A stretch of DNA of 49,490 nt from an uncultured Microbacterium sp. Its GTDB lineage: Bacteria; Actinomycetota; Actinomycetes; Actinomycetales; Microbacteriaceae. Below the pieces are notes generated by a model. It had not been told where the DNA came from and searched no databases. It worked only from the letters and a program-made list of their open reading frames with translations. This document shows, in pieces, positions 32,321 through 41,399 of the stretch. Made by a program: the position numbers and the translations under genes. Location of the stretch: positions 1-49,490 of the forward strand of contig CAYZEL010000001.1 in NCBI GenBank assembly GCA_964477515.1, read 5' to 3'. Position 1 is the first letter of the stretch, and every line of letters starts with the position of its first letter.

Positions 32321-33960
32321 CAGGCTTCTCCCCGGGGGTCGGTGGCGGGCAGACGCACGATGAAGGTCGCGCCCTCGCCGGATCGTGTCTGGACGGTGAT
32401 CTCGCCGCCGGATGCGCGGACGATGTCGCGGGTGATCGCGAGTCCCAGCCCGCTGCCGTGGGTGGTCGTCTTCCGGACGGCATCCGCCCGGAAGAAACGT
32501 TCGAACAGGCGCGGCAACTCCTGCTCGCTGATCCCGGGGCCATCGTCGCGCACCACGATCCAGGCGTGCAGCCCGTCGGAGGTCAGACCCACCTCGATGT
32601 GACCCCCGTCGTCGTTGTACTTCACCGCGTTCGACAGCAGGTTGTCCATGACCTGACGGATGCGGTGCGGGTCGGCGAATGCCGGCGCGGGTTCCACGCC
32701 GGACGCGTCGATCGTGATGCGCCGCTCGCCCGCCGGCGGGATCACCGCCTCGATGGACGCCATGACCACCTCGGACAGGTCGCACATCTGCGGCGTCACG
32801 GACAGGTCCACGCCCTGCCGCGACTCGGCCGAGGCGGTGAGGATGTCGGAAACGAGTTCGAGCAGCCGGCTGGCGTTGCGTTCGGCGACCTCGAGGCTAC
32901 GGCGCGCGGTCGGCGCGAGCGACTCCTCGTCGAGCGCGAGGTCGAGATATCCGATGATCGATGTCAGCGGTGTGCGTAGTTCGTGCGACACGGAGGCGAC
33001 GAGGTCTTCGCGCGCGCGAAGTGCCAGCTCTTCGGTCGTGACGTCGCGCGAGATGACGATCGTGCCGGCATCCTGCCCGTTGACGTCCTGGATGCGACGG
33101 GCGGTCATGCTGAGCGCGCGGCGCTTGTCGTCACCCGGTTCGCCGTACCAGACCAGTTCGTTCTCGAACAGCTCGCCGGCACGAGCCCGCGCGAGCGGCA
33201 TCTCGTCCGCGAGCAGGCGCGTGACGCCATCGGCACCGAATGCCGCAGCTTCCGCGCCCCGCGACCGCGCGCGTTGCAGACGCGCGTGCGCCTCGTTGGT
33301 GACGGCGAGCGATCCGTCGGGAGCGATCCGGATCACGCCGAAGTCGACCGCGTCCAGCGCATCCGTGACGATGTCCTCCTGGCGACGCGCGCGCTCGACG
33401 GATCGCTCGAGGTTGCGCGACTGTTTGTCGAGCAGCTCTCGTTGAGCCGACGAGCGTCGGGCCGCGAGGTACGCGATCGTCGCGACGGCACTGACCGAGA
33501 TCGGCAGCAACAGCGTCGTGGCCGTGAGTTCCTGGCTCGGGCTCATGGACAGCAGGATCCAGAACAGGGTCGAGATGCTGGCGACCGCGAGGATGGTGCC
33601 CGTGACGCCGTACATGTACGCGATCCACATGGCGGGAAACGCCCACAGGATCCCGAGGCCGGATTCGGGGGACGCGTAGCGCAGGATCGCGATCGCGAAA
33701 ATGTCTATCGCCGGGATCACGGCCGTCATGTACGGCGGGAACTTGTTCCACGGAACGACCAGGGCGGCCCCGGTCGCCGCGAACGTGACACCCAGGCCCA
33801 GGACGAACGCATCGAAATTCAACTCCTGCTGCAGCGCGAGGATGAGCAGCGAACCGAGGAGCACGATGCTCGCGAGCAGAACCTGGTTCTGCAGCACAGT
33901 GCGTTCGCGGATGCTGCCGTGAAGGCGCGAGCGACGCGCGAGCGCAGCGTCGGAGGTCAT
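32320..33960 (-). CDS. Membrane sensor histidine kinase (multi-TM, PAS-like linker, HisKA, HATPase)
   Basis: VSHELRTPLTSI, NLLSNAVKY, VRDDGPGI, FERFFR, GSGLGLAI. Confidence 0.95.
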   Translation of the reverse strand: MTSDAALARRSRLHGSIRERTVLQNQVLLASIVLLGSLLILALQQELNFDAFVLGLGVTFAATGAALVVPWNKFPPYMTAVIPAIDIFAIAILRYASPESGLGILWAFPAMWIAYMYGVTGTILAVASISTLFWILLSMSPSQELTATTLLLPISVSAVATIAYLAARRSSAQRELLDKQSRNLERSVERARRQEDIVTDALDAVDFGVIRIAPDGSLAVTNEAHARLQRARSRGAEAAAFGADGVTRLLADEMPLARARAGELFENELVWYGEPGDDKRRALSMTARRIQDVNGQDAGTIVISRDVTTEELALRAREDLVASVSHELRTPLTSIIGYLDLALDEESLAPTARRSLEVAERNASRLLELVSDILTASAESRQGVDLSVTPQMCDLSEVVMASIEAVIPPAGERRITIDASGVEPAPAFADPHRIRQVMDNLLSNAVKYNDDGGHIEVGLTSDGLHAWIVVRDDGPGISEQELPRLFERFFRADAVRKTTTHGSGLGLAITRDIVRASGGEITVQTRSGEGATFIVRLPATDPRGEA

Positions 33961-34011
33961 TGCTGAAACCTACCGCGCCGAAGGCCGCCGAGGTGCGAGC
34001 CACGCAGACCG

Positions 34012-35643
34012 TTACCCGCGCTCGGGCACCGCAGACTCCGTCTTCCCGGACGCATCCTGTGTCTCGTAGAGCGAGACCAGTTCACGCTCACGGCGGAGCG
34101 GAGGCAGGCAGAAGGCCACGAGACCCGCTCCCAACGCGATCGCCACAGCACCCACGAGGTACGCGAAGAGGGCGCCCGAGACCAGGCTGTGACTGGCCGC
34201 GGCGAGGATCTCGTCCTTGTACTGCGGGTACTGATCGGCGACGTGCAGGGCGGATGCGAAGGAGGCCTGAAGTGCGCTCGTCACGCTGTCGCTGATCTGT
34301 GAGGCCTGGGGGCTCGCGGCGATCGAGCGAGCGAATGCGGCGGCGAAACCGGTCGCGAGGATCGCTCCGAGTAGTGCCTGCATGATGGAACCGCCGAGGT
34401 CACGCTGCAGATCGGACGTCGCCGAGGCCATGCCGACCCGTCGCACGGGCGTGCTCTCGGTCAGCGCCCGCGAGGCCGGCGTCATCGCGAATGCTGCGCC
34501 AGCCCCGATGGCCAGGAACCCGAACCCGATCAGCGGATACGGCGTCTGCTCGCGCCAGAACAGCGCCGTGACGAACCCGACGAAGACGAGCGCGTACCCG
34601 ACGAGCATCGTCACGCGGGACCCGCGCGCGGTGACCAATCGCGCCGAGATCGGCGCGACGACGACGAGCCCGACGGCCGCGGGAACGACCGCGAGGCCCG
34701 CCTCGAGCGTGTTGTAGCCGAGGATGTTCTGCAGGAACTGCTGACCCACGAACATCGCACCCATGAGCGATCCGAAGACGATCGTGCCGGCCGCCGCGGG
34801 CACCCAGAAGAGTCTGCGACGCGCGACGCGCAGGTCGTAGAGCGGATGAGAGGCGACCGCCTGGCGCCACCCGAACAACACCAGCAGGACCAGCGCCGAG
34901 AGTAGCAGGACGGCACCCAAGAGCACCTGCCCCGGGGCGAACACCATGCTGACGCCCAGGACGAGGGCGGCGATCGCGAAGGTCGCGAGCACACCCCCGC
35001 GATGGTCGACGGGATCACTCGATTCCTTCACGTGCGCGGGTACCAGGATCGCGACGAGGACGAGGGCCGTGGCCGCGATCGGGAGGGCGAGCAGGAAAGC
35101 CGAACCCCACCAGAACGCCTGCAGCAGCAGGCCGGCGAGCACGGAGCCGACGACCGTGGCCATCGCGCTGACGCTCGACCAGAGCGCGATGGCTCCCGTG
35201 CGCTTCGGCCCGTTGGCCCAGAGCGCGGTGATGAGCGAGAGCGTCGTGGGGTACGCCATGCCGGCCGCGATACCGGTGAAGATCCGTGCCGCGATGAGCA
35301 GCTCGACGGAGGGGGCGAACGCGGAGAAGAGGCTCGCCACGACGGTGAGCGCGAGACCGAGCATCAGCAGCTGCTTGCGGCCGTAGCGGTCGGCCAGGGC
35401 TCCCAGATAGAGCACCGACATCGCGAGTCCCAGCGAGCACCCGAGGGCGACGAGATTCAGAGATGTCTGACCGGCGCCGAACGCGTCGCCGATATCGGGC
35501 AGTGCGATGTTCGCCGCCGCGAGGTTGATATTGCACACCAGCGCGGCGAGGATCAGCGCCGAGAGCACCAGGGGGGCACGACGAGGTGCGTCGGCATCGG
35601 CCGGATCAGCAACTCCGGGCGAAAGCGGGGCCGGATCGGTCAT
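34012..35643 (-). CDS. MFS transporter, DHA2-like (about 14 TM)
   Basis: NIALPDI, GALADRYGRK motif A, ARIFTGIAAG; TATCGT -10 six nt before ATG. Confidence 0.9.
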   Translation of the reverse strand: MTDPAPLSPGVADPADADAPRRAPLVLSALILAALVCNINLAAANIALPDIGDAFGAGQTSLNLVALGCSLGLAMSVLYLGALADRYGRKQLLMLGLALTVVASLFSAFAPSVELLIAARIFTGIAAGMAYPTTLSLITALWANGPKRTGAIALWSSVSAMATVVGSVLAGLLLQAFWWGSAFLLALPIAATALVLVAILVPAHVKESSDPVDHRGGVLATFAIAALVLGVSMVFAPGQVLLGAVLLLSALVLLVLFGWRQAVASHPLYDLRVARRRLFWVPAAAGTIVFGSLMGAMFVGQQFLQNILGYNTLEAGLAVVPAAVGLVVVAPISARLVTARGSRVTMLVGYALVFVGFVTALFWREQTPYPLIGFGFLAIGAGAAFAMTPASRALTESTPVRRVGMASATSDLQRDLGGSIMQALLGAILATGFAAAFARSIAASPQASQISDSVTSALQASFASALHVADQYPQYKDEILAAASHSLVSGALFAYLVGAVAIALGAGLVAFCLPPLRRERELVSLYETQDASGKTESAVPERG

Positions 35644-35705
35644 GGCATCACGATAGCGCCCGCCGTGGTTCGCGGTCGGCCGCCCGGGCCGCGTATACAG
35701 GTTTC

Positions 35706-36428
35706 ATGAGTTCACATTCCGCCGTCGCATCCGATCCCCGTCCCGTAGCCCTGGTGACGGGCGCTTCGGGAGGCATCGGCGGCGCGATCGTGCGAGACCT
35801 GGCGAGCACCCACCGGGTCGTCGCCGTCGGTCGTGACGAGCAGGCTCTCGCGCGGCTGGCCGCCGAGACCGGAGCCGAAACACGGATCGTCGAGCTGACG
35901 GATGCGGAAGCGATCGACGGCCTGGCGGCACGGCTCGATCGGCTCGACGTTCTCGTCCACGCGGCCGCGATCGCCGATGTCCGCTCCGTCGAGCAGGCGA
36001 CGGCCGACGATTGGGGCAGACAGCTGAGCATCAACGTCGTGTCGCCCGCGCTTCTGACCCGGGCGACGCTGCCGCTCATCCGTCGGAGCGCAGGAACCGT
36101 GATCTTCATCGGGTCCGGTTCGGGAACCCGACCCACGGCCGGAAGTGCGATCTACACCGCGTCGAAGTTCGCGCTCCGCGCCATCGCCGATGTCCTGCGA
36201 CTGGACGAAGCGCGACACCGCGTCCGCGTCGTCACCGTGGCACCGGGACCGACCGACACGGCCATGCAGCGCACCATGGTGGCTGATGCCGGGGGAACCT
36301 ATGTTCCCGAGCGCTACATCCGTCCGGAATCGGTCGCGCGCGAGGTGCGCCACGTCGTGGACGCGCCGCCGGACGTCCACATCACGGATGTCGCCGTGCG
36401 GCCGCGCGTCGAGGTGCCCCGCGCCTGA
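35706..36428 (+). CDS. Short-chain dehydrogenase/reductase
   Basis: VTGASGGIG, YTASK (YxxxK), PGPTDT. Confidence 0.92.
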   Translation: MSSHSAVASDPRPVALVTGASGGIGGAIVRDLASTHRVVAVGRDEQALARLAAETGAETRIVELTDAEAIDGLAARLDRLDVLVHAAAIADVRSVEQATADDWGRQLSINVVSPALLTRATLPLIRRSAGTVIFIGSGSGTRPTAGSAIYTASKFALRAIADVLRLDEARHRVRVVTVAPGPTDTAMQRTMVADAGGTYVPERYIRPESVAREVRHVVDAPPDVHITDVAVRPRVEVPRA

Positions 36429-36485
36429 AGCCACGACACCCGGCGACGTCCACGGGGTCCACGGTCCGCAGACCCCGGCAACGCC

Positions 36486-36519
36486 ACAGGGGCCGAGGTC
36501 CGAAGACCCCGACCCCTGT
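36486..36519 (-). terminator. rpsA 3' hairpin with cUUCGg tetraloop
   Basis: Minus strand ACAGGGGTCGGGGTC-TTCG-GACCTCGGCCCCTGT pairs fully using G-U; a second ggggtc..gacccc hairpin lies adjacent. Confidence 0.75.
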
Positions 36520-36538
36520 CGGTTGGTGCGATCGCGGC

Positions 36539-37987
36539 TTAGCGGCCGGCGAGCTTCTCGCGAAGAGCCGCGAGCGACTCGTCGTCGGCAAGCGTGCCCG
36601 CTCCGGCCGACTCGCTCGAGAACGACGACGACGCGGATGCCTCGGGCGCTGCGGCCTCGGCCTCGGCGGCCTTGGCGACGAGGGCCTTGTGGTGCTCCCA
36701 GCGAGCCTGAGCAGCGGCGTACTCCTGCTCCCACTTCTCGCGCTCGGAGTCGAAGCCTTCCTTCCAGGCCTGCGTCTCGACGTCGAAGCCCTCCGGGTAC
36801 TTGTACTCCCCGTTCTCGTCGTACTCGGTCGCCATGCCGTACAGGGCCGGGTCGAACTCGGTACCGAACGGGTCGATCGAGTCGTTGGCCTGCTTGAGCG
36901 ACAACGAGATGCGGCGACGCTCGAGGTCGATGTCGATGACCTTGACGAACACCTCTTCGCCGACCGACACGACCTGCTCGGCGAGCTCGACGTGCTTGCC
37001 CGACAGCTCCGAGATGTGCACGAGACCCTCGATGCCGTCCGCGACGCGAACGAAGGCACCGAACGGGACGAGCTTGGTGACCTTACCCGGTGCGACCTGA
37101 CCGATCGCGTGCGTCCGGGCGAAGACCTGCCACGGGTCCTCCTGCGTCGCCTTGAGCGACAGCGAGACGCGCTCGCGGTCGAGGTCGACCTCGAGGATCT
37201 CGACGGTGACCTCCTGGCCGACCTCGACGACCTCGCTGGCGTGCTCGATGTGCTTCCACGAGAGCTCGGAGACGTGCACGAGGCCGTCCACGCCGCCGAG
37301 GTCGACGAACGCGCCGAAGTTGACGATCGACGAGACGACGCCCTTGCGGACCTGGCCCTTGTGCAGTGCGTTGAGGAAGTTCGTGCGCGACTCCGACTGC
37401 GTCTGCTCGAGCAGCGCACGGCGGCTCAGGACGACGTTGTTGCGGTTCTTGTCGAGCTCGAGGATCTTCGCCTCGATCTCCTGGCCGAGGAACGGCGTGA
37501 GGTCGCGGACGCGACGCAGGTCGATGAGCGAGGCGGGCAGGAAGCCGCGGAGTCCGATGTCGACGATCAGACCGCCCTTGACGACCTCGATCACCTGACC
37601 GGTGACGACGCCGTCGTTCTCCTTGATCTTCTCCACATCGCCCCACGCGCGCTCGTACTGAGCGCGCTTCTTGGACAGGATGAGGCGGCCTTCTTTGTCC
37701 TCCTTCTGGAGAACGAGAGCCTCGACAGCGTCGCCGAGCTTGACGACCTCGTTGGGGTCGACGTCGTGCTTGATGGAAAGTTCGCGCGAGGGGATGACAC
37801 CCTCGGTCTTGTACCCGACGTCGAGGAGGACCTCGTCGCGGTCGATCTTCACGACGGTGCCTTCGATGAGGTCTCCGTCGTTGAAGAACTTGAGGGTCTT
37901 CTCGACCGCGGCCAGGAAGTCTTCAGCAGATCCGATGTCGTTGATCGCGACCTGCTTGGGAGCCGTGGCGGTCGTTGCGGTAGTCAT
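36539..37987 (-). CDS. rpsA: 30S ribosomal protein S1
   Basis: Four S1 repeats (DVGYKTEG, GLRGFLPAS, GLVHVSELSW, GLVHISELS); actinobacterial C-terminus LAALREKL. Confidence 0.98.
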   Translation of the reverse strand: MTTATTATAPKQVAINDIGSAEDFLAAVEKTLKFFNDGDLIEGTVVKIDRDEVLLDVGYKTEGVIPSRELSIKHDVDPNEVVKLGDAVEALVLQKEDKEGRLILSKKRAQYERAWGDVEKIKENDGVVTGQVIEVVKGGLIVDIGLRGFLPASLIDLRRVRDLTPFLGQEIEAKILELDKNRNNVVLSRRALLEQTQSESRTNFLNALHKGQVRKGVVSSIVNFGAFVDLGGVDGLVHVSELSWKHIEHASEVVEVGQEVTVEILEVDLDRERVSLSLKATQEDPWQVFARTHAIGQVAPGKVTKLVPFGAFVRVADGIEGLVHISELSGKHVELAEQVVSVGEEVFVKVIDIDLERRRISLSLKQANDSIDPFGTEFDPALYGMATEYDENGEYKYPEGFDVETQAWKEGFDSEREKWEQEYAAAQARWEHHKALVAKAAEAEAAAPEASASSSFSSESAGAGTLADDESLAALREKLAGR

Positions 37988-38176
37988 GTAGTGGGTTGTC
38001 CTTGTTGGTTGTATGGTCGGGCTCCGGCCCTGTCCGAACGCCATGTGGACGAACGGATGCCCGGGGCCGGGCGAAGCGGATTTCTCGTTGCCGCGCACGC
38101 ACGGCGAAAACGTCACAGAAGTGACATTCAAGGGTATCAGAACGCTGCCCACGCCCGCAGTATGCCCGCGAATCGG

Positions 38177-38851
38177 CTACAGGTGGATCCCGAACCACCC
38201 GAGCGTGCCCGTACCGAGAAGCAGCACGAAGACGCCGACGAGCACGAGCACGATCGACATCACGAATCCGGAGTCGCGTTCGATCCAGTCCTGGACCCGT
38301 TCCATGCGCGCGCGCACGCCGCCGCGGGCGAACGTGAAGAGCAGCGTGATCGCGGCGACCGTGGACACGGATGCGATCACGAAGACCGCCAGCATGAAGA
38401 CGAGCACGAGGAAGGGCGGGTCCGCGTGGCGCACGCGCGTCGCGGCGGTGGCGGTGATGAGCAGCGCCTCGGGGTGGATCGCGAAGCTCGCGCCGAGCGC
38501 GACGGTCAGCGTCGGGGTGAGGTTGCGCACTCCCCGCACGAGTGGCGACGAGCGCGGTGCGGTCCGCCGGCGCGCCATCTGAACGATGCCGAGCGCCATC
38601 ATGAGCACACCGGCGACGATCTCGATCCACCCGATCAGCGTCTCGTCGCCGAACTTCGGCAGCCGCACGGCATGCAGGGCTCCCGCGAACAGTCCCACGA
38701 TCAGGAGCAGTGCGGCCGCGTATCCGATGGTGATCAGCCACCCCGGACGCGACTGACGGGCCGAGAGGACGACGACGATCGTCGTCACGATGGGGATCGT
38801 CGTGAACGCGACGGTCAGCCCGAGGGCGATGAGCACCAGCCAGTCGGCCAC
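38177..38851 (-). CDS. GAP/Sap-family (LysE-superfamily-like) membrane protein
   Basis: About 6 TM segments; P..A..VVLS, HP..LL motif, RMERVQDWI; GAAAGGA RBS before GTG. Confidence 0.65.
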   Translation of the reverse strand: MADWLVLIALGLTVAFTTIPIVTTIVVVLSARQSRPGWLITIGYAAALLLIVGLFAGALHAVRLPKFGDETLIGWIEIVAGVLMMALGIVQMARRRTAPRSSPLVRGVRNLTPTLTVALGASFAIHPEALLITATAATRVRHADPPFLVLVFMLAVFVIASVSTVAAITLLFTFARGGVRARMERVQDWIERDSGFVMSIVLVLVGVFVLLLGTGTLGWFGIHL

Positions 38852-38945
38852 CGTCGTGTTCCTTTCCGGGTCGCGCAGGCTTTCCCGTTCGCACGAGGCG
38901 AGGAGCGCGATTCGTCCCCGGTAAGTGTGCCAGGACGGCGGCCGG

Positions 38946-39929
38946 TCAGGCGCGCTCGACGTCCACCCAGGCCATCATGTCCTGTCTCACACGACGCGGG
39001 TCGACGCCCGCGCGGGGTGCGAGCTCCGAGATGTACTCGGCGACGAGCGAGGTCGCGGCGGCGCGGGTGACACGAGCGGTTCCGGCGTACCGCGCGCGCA
39101 GGACCGAGACGACCCAGGCGACATGCTCGGGCCTGATCGTGAGGCCGCGCGTCGCGGCGCCCTCGACGGCCGCACGTGACCGCTCGTCGAGGCTCCTTCG
39201 CGTGAACCCCGCGAGGACCTCCTGATCGAGGCGACCCGTCGCCAGGAGCGCCGTGATGGTGTCGCTGAGCTCTGACCAGGTCACGAGCGGCAGCGCCGGG
39301 TCGATGACGCGTAGCGCACGGATGGACGCGGGTGCACGAGCATCCTCGACACGTTCCGCATGTCGCGCATGGTTCACGGCACGGAGGCGCACGGGTCGCG
39401 ACGTCTCGGCATCCGGAGTCTCTTCCGGCTGATCGCCGTCGCTCTCCGGTTCATTCCCCGATTCCGACACCCCGGCGGACTCGTCCGCAACGTACTCGGC
39501 GAGCTCCCGCGCGGCGAACAGGGCCAGGGGCACGGTCGCGAGTTCACGCACCGTGGCAGCCTCGTCCTCCGCGCCCGTCGCGAGAAGCAGACGCGCGGCG
39601 GTGTCGAGCGCCCGATAGGTCTCTGCCGCGTCGAACGAACGTATGCGTGCCCACGCGTCCCATACCGCCTGCAATTCCCGGGCGTATCCCGCGATGGCGT
39701 TGACCGCGGCCTCGTTCACGCCATCGGCGGACGCACCGGCGAGCACGCCCAGCATGCTGACCAGGTCGCGGTCGACACGACCGTCGTCACCGGGATCACC
39801 GGCGCCACCGGGATCGTGCGGGTCGTACGCGGCGGCGTGATCGACCCACGCGCGATCCAGGTACGGTCCCACTCCCACGACGACGAGCTCGAGGGCGTCG
39901 CCCACCAGCGCTCTGTTCTCAGTCCCCAC
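38946..39929 (-). CDS. Hypothetical protein with a degenerate N-terminal Swt1-like HEPN domain
   Basis: NRALVGDALELV..GVGPYL...D...L...ELQAVWDAWAR.RSF...TYRALDTAARLLLA; GTG 39929 preceded by purine-rich aggcaggga; TACACT -10 at 40003-40008; alternative ATG at 40037. Confidence 0.7.
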   Translation of the reverse strand: MGTENRALVGDALELVVVGVGPYLDRAWVDHAAAYDPHDPGGAGDPGDDGRVDRDLVSMLGVLAGASADGVNEAAVNAIAGYARELQAVWDAWARIRSFDAAETYRALDTAARLLLATGAEDEAATVRELATVPLALFAARELAEYVADESAGVSESGNEPESDGDQPEETPDAETSRPVRLRAVNHARHAERVEDARAPASIRALRVIDPALPLVTWSELSDTITALLATGRLDQEVLAGFTRRSLDERSRAAVEGAATRGLTIRPEHVAWVVSVLRARYAGTARVTRAAATSLVAEYISELAPRAGVDPRRVRQDMMAWVDVERA

Positions 39930-40015
39930 TGCGGTCCCTGCCTTCGGCGGCCCCGGACTCCGCCCCGCGGCGAAAGTCTCCGACGAGGTGGCTTTGGGTG
40001 CGAGTGTAGCGAGGC

Positions 40016-40399
40016 TCAGCGCGACGCGCCCAGACATGGCACGCACATCGTCGCGGCCGGCCTCAGACGCAGACGTCCGTCGACGATCCGTTCGCCGCAC
40101 CGGGCGCACCGGCCGTACTCCCCCGCACGCAATCGCTCGCCTGCCCGCTCGAGCTCGGCCAGCTCCGCGAGATATTCGCCACGAAGCCCCTCGGCGCGCG
40201 ACCATTCGGTGATCAGCGTCGAACCCTCGGGGTCGTGCTCGTCATCCGTCCACTCCTCACGAGCGTCGCGGATGCCCGCCAGCTGCGACTCGATCAGGCC
40301 CAGACGCGCCGTGATCTCGTCGCGCCGCGCCCGGATATACGCCACGTAGTCGGGTCGTTCCCCGTCGTGCGGTCCCGAGACCGCGGCCCCCGCCGTCAT
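40016..40399 (-). CDS. TraR/DksA C4-type zinc finger protein
   Basis: Coiled coil with DDEHDPEG tip, YGRCARCG..I...RL..RP....CVPC; TATCGT -10 six nt before ATG. Confidence 0.9.
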   Translation of the reverse strand: MTAGAAVSGPHDGERPDYVAYIRARRDEITARLGLIESQLAGIRDAREEWTDDEHDPEGSTLITEWSRAEGLRGEYLAELAELERAGERLRAGEYGRCARCGERIVDGRLRLRPAATMCVPCLGASR

Positions 40400-40441
40400 C
40401 CTTCAACGATAGGTCGAAGGACGACAGCGCGGGCCGTCGGA

Positions 40442-41299
40442 TCAGACGCGGAGGGCGCGCACGCCGTCGACCAACGGCATGGTCGGGCGACCGAGGAGGC
40501 TCGAGAGCACCCCGTCCGCCTGCGACAGGACCCCGTCCGCGATCGCTCGGTCGAGGCCCACCACGAACCCGACCGTGCCCTCGTCCATGCCTGCGGCGTC
40601 GAGGCGGGCAGCGAGCTGCTCGCTCGTCAGTCGCTCGTACACGACCTCGCGGCCGAGTGCCTCGGTCGCAGCGACGGCGAAGTCGTCGAACGTCCAGGCG
40701 ACATCGCCCGAGAACTCGTACACCTGACCAACGTGGCCGTCTTCGACGAGAACCGCCGCCGCCCCGGCGGCGTAGTCGGCGCGGCTCGCGCTCGCGACAC
40801 GCGCGTCACCCACGGATGACGCGACGACGCCCGTCTCTGCGGCTCGCGCCACATCCGCCGCATAGTTCTCGTGGTACCAGTTGTTGCGAACGATCACGGC
40901 GGGGATGCCGGTTGCGGCGATCACCGCTTCGGTGGCGCGGTGGTCCGCACCGAGCGCGTAGTCGAAGGTCGTCGCCTGCGGCGCGCTGGTATAGACGAGA
41001 CGATCGACGCCGACAGCGTGAGCGGCCCGGATCACGTTCTCGTGCCCCGCGACGCGTGCACCGGGAACGGAGCCCGAGATGAGCAGGACGCGATCGACGC
41101 CCTGCAGCGCCGCCGCGACCGTTTCGGGCCGGTCGTAGTCGATTTCGACCACCGCGATGCCCCGCCCGGCGAAGTCCGCGACCTTCTCGGGCGAGCGCGC
41201 ACCGGCGACGATGTCCGAGGGGTCGACGCCGCGCGAGACCAGTGCCTCCACGGCGAGGCGACCGAGATGTCCGCCTGCGGCGGTGACGAGGTATTTCAT
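40442..41299 (-). CDS. NmrA-like NAD(P)H:quinone oxidoreductase (YtfG/QorB type)
   Basis: VTAAGGHLG, LLISG, YTS, RNNWY.EN, ASRADYA; GAAAGGA RBS. Confidence 0.88.
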   Translation of the reverse strand: MKYLVTAAGGHLGRLAVEALVSRGVDPSDIVAGARSPEKVADFAGRGIAVVEIDYDRPETVAAALQGVDRVLLISGSVPGARVAGHENVIRAAHAVGVDRLVYTSAPQATTFDYALGADHRATEAVIAATGIPAVIVRNNWYHENYAADVARAAETGVVASSVGDARVASASRADYAAGAAAVLVEDGHVGQVYEFSGDVAWTFDDFAVAATEALGREVVYERLTSEQLAARLDAAGMDEGTVGFVVGLDRAIADGVLSQADGVLSSLLGRPTMPLVDGVRALRV

Positions 41300-41370
41300 G
41301 GTGAGTCCTTTCAGAACGACGAGTGTCTCCCTCGCCAACCACCTCAGGGACGGATTACATTCCATTCGAT

Positions 41371-41397
41371 GGGTACCCACTTCGCGGTAAGGTACCC
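41371..41397. promoter_or_regulatory. Putative HxlR/QorR-type operator
   Basis: gggtacccac-ttcgcg-gtaaggtaccc imperfect palindrome in the divergent intergenic region. Confidence 0.5.
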
Positions 41398-41399
41398 AC

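Noticed and set aside
39930-40205. N-terminal extension of the HEPN-like ORF (419-aa version)
   Set aside because: Overlaps the DksA-like gene, and a candidate -10 lies inside the extension; GTG 39929 fits the domain start better
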